NCBI GenBank assembly: GCA_021323915.1 | Contig: JAJPKB010000642.1 | Span: 381-64,380 of the forward strand | Length of the DNA stretch: 64,000 bases | Source of the DNA: Chloroflexota bacterium | Lineage (GTDB): Bacteria; Chloroflexota; UBA6077; FW602-bin22; CADDYW01 | Direction: 5' to 3' | Part shown: in pieces, positions 62,998 through 64,000 of the stretch | Layout: each line of letters opens with the position of its first letter | How positions within the stretch are numbered: the first letter of the stretch is position 1 | The notes under the pieces: generated by a model | Database searches by the model: none | Told to the model about the DNA's origin: nothing | What the model saw: the letters and a program-made list of their open reading frames with translations, nothing else | Made by a program: the position numbers and the translations under genes

Positions 62998-63942
62998 ATG
63001 GGCCCCGCCGCCGTGAATGCCGGCCATCGCCAGATCGGTCTCGTCGATCGTCTGCGGCGGGCCGGTGGTTTGCGCCGCTCAGACTGGCTCTGGGGGTATC
63101 TTTTCATTTCGATCAACTTCCTGGGATTTGCAATCTTCAGCCTGGGGCCGATCATCGCATCTCTGGCCTTGTCGTTCATGGGGTGGCGCTTGCTCCAGCC
63201 ACCTCACTTCACCGGTCTGACTAACCTGAACCAGCTTGTCGACGACGGCATGTTCTTCCAAACGCTGCTCAACACGGCCTACTTCGTCGTCGGATACGTT
63301 CCGCTGGTCACGGTCCTCGCCTTTCTGCTCGCCGTCTTGCTCAACCGTCCCCTTCGGGGAATCGGCCTGCTCCGCGGCGTCTATTTCATGCCCTCGATTA
63401 CCTTGCTCGTGTCGGTTGCCATGGTTTGGCATTGGCTGCTGGACCCCCAGGCGGGCATGATCAACTTTATGCTGCACTCGGTCGGGCTGCCGAGTCCGGA
63501 ATGGCTGGCCGACGCGCACTGGGCCATGCCGACGATTATCGTCGTCGCGGTCTGGCAGGACGTGGGCTATTTCGCGGTCGTCTACCTGGCCGGTCTGCAG
63601 TCGGTGCCGGGTAATCTGTACGAAGCGGCGGAAATCGACGGGGCCAGCGCCTGGCAGAAGCTCACCCAGATCACCGTTCCGCTGATGGTGCCCACGACGT
63701 TTTTTGTTCTGGTGATTAGTCTCATCAGTGGCTGGCAGGTGTTTGCCCTCCCTTTCTTAATGACTCAAGGGGGACCGGCCAACTCCACCTACACGCTCTT
63801 GCTGTACATCTATAACCAGGCTTTCACGTCGCTTCACATGGGATATGCCTCGCTGATGGCTTGGGTGCTTTTTCTGATCATCTTCCTCGTCACCCTGGTG
63901 CAGTGGCGGTTTGCCAAGCGAGGGGAAAATGTCTTCAGTTAA
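62998..63942 (+). CDS. Carbohydrate ABC transporter permease
   Basis: GAGGAGG 6 nt before the ATG at 62998. EAA loop YEAAEIDGASAWQKLTQITVPLM. Confidence 0.85.
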   Translation: MGPAAVNAGHRQIGLVDRLRRAGGLRRSDWLWGYLFISINFLGFAIFSLGPIIASLALSFMGWRLLQPPHFTGLTNLNQLVDDGMFFQTLLNTAYFVVGYVPLVTVLAFLLAVLLNRPLRGIGLLRGVYFMPSITLLVSVAMVWHWLLDPQAGMINFMLHSVGLPSPEWLADAHWAMPTIIVVAVWQDVGYFAVVYLAGLQSVPGNLYEAAEIDGASAWQKLTQITVPLMVPTTFFVLVISLISGWQVFALPFLMTQGGPANSTYTLLLYIYNQAFTSLHMGYASLMAWVLFLIIFLVTLVQWRFAKRGENVFS

Positions 63943-63964
63943 CAGCAACGTCATCCCCGAGGGG

Positions 63965-64000
63965 ATGGTGCGCTCATCTTCGCGGCATCTCAAAGTAGCG
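63965..64000 (+). CDS. Start of a probable second permease gene (truncated by the window end)
   Basis: Only 12 codons are visible (MVRSSSRHLKVA) after GAGGGG. The call rests on the operon logic of the other loci. Confidence 0.3.
   Translation, partial: MVRSSSRHLKVA

Noticed and set aside
1-64000. CRISPR arrays, rRNA/tRNA genes, transposases and IS elements.
   Set aside because: None were seen on either strand. No regularly spaced direct repeats were found, and no DDE, serine or tyrosine recombinase motifs appear in any ORF.

Overview
High-G+C bacterial chromosomal window (G+C judged by eye, not computed). Shine-Dalgarno sites are strong, and the solute-binding lipoproteins carry twin-arginine signals and Ala/Pro/Thr-rich linkers. 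This style fits Chloroflexota/Thermomicrobia-like or similar organisms, but taxonomy cannot be settled without a database search. No rRNA, tRNA, CRISPR array, transposase or integrase was seen.

Most of the window is carbohydrate and peptide uptake and catabolism:
- one Dpp/Opp-type peptide ABC locus;
- five CUT1-type sugar ABC loci, none with an ATPase gene;
- a GH51 arabinofuranosidase and an enolase-superfamily dehydratase;
- lactonase, class-III aminotransferase and creatininase genes;
- a 2-hydroxyacid dehydrogenase, ThDP enzyme and URO-D-family trio.

Four accessory regions stand out.
1. 29.7-41.6 kb: a compact, intact phage-derived block. It runs from a candidate small terminase through TerL, portal, an 800-aa capsid fusion and short-tail candidates to holin and an SLT lysozyme. 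It has no integrase, repressor, replication or long-tail genes, and a Cheo/LexA-like box sits in front. It is either GTA-like or a domesticated podovirus-type particle.
2. 51.7-53.4 kb: an HprK-like P-loop kinase next to a PqqD/RRE-like protein. That protein continues through an internal twin-arginine signal-like segment into a 45-aa, 8-Cys knottin-patterned tail. The pair is divergent from a secreted LysM-C39-like peptidase and may be a RiPP-like or exported-peptide system.
3. 20.3-23.8 kb: a visibly lower-G+C islet between two paralogous promoter plus 5' CDS copies. It holds a CBS-pair/HEPN-like (RNPVAH) protein, small membrane ORFs and a decayed BrnA-like antitoxin.
4. 45.2-47.2 kb: a lower-G+C islet with a three-TM membrane-anchored Mrr-type nuclease and a frameshifted DUF433 gene.

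Also present are a VapBC pair, an ASCH-nucleotidyltransferase-double-MBL operon, several perfect long palindromes, a C13 homopolymer tract, and two apparent frameshifts (a solute-binding protein gene and DUF433).
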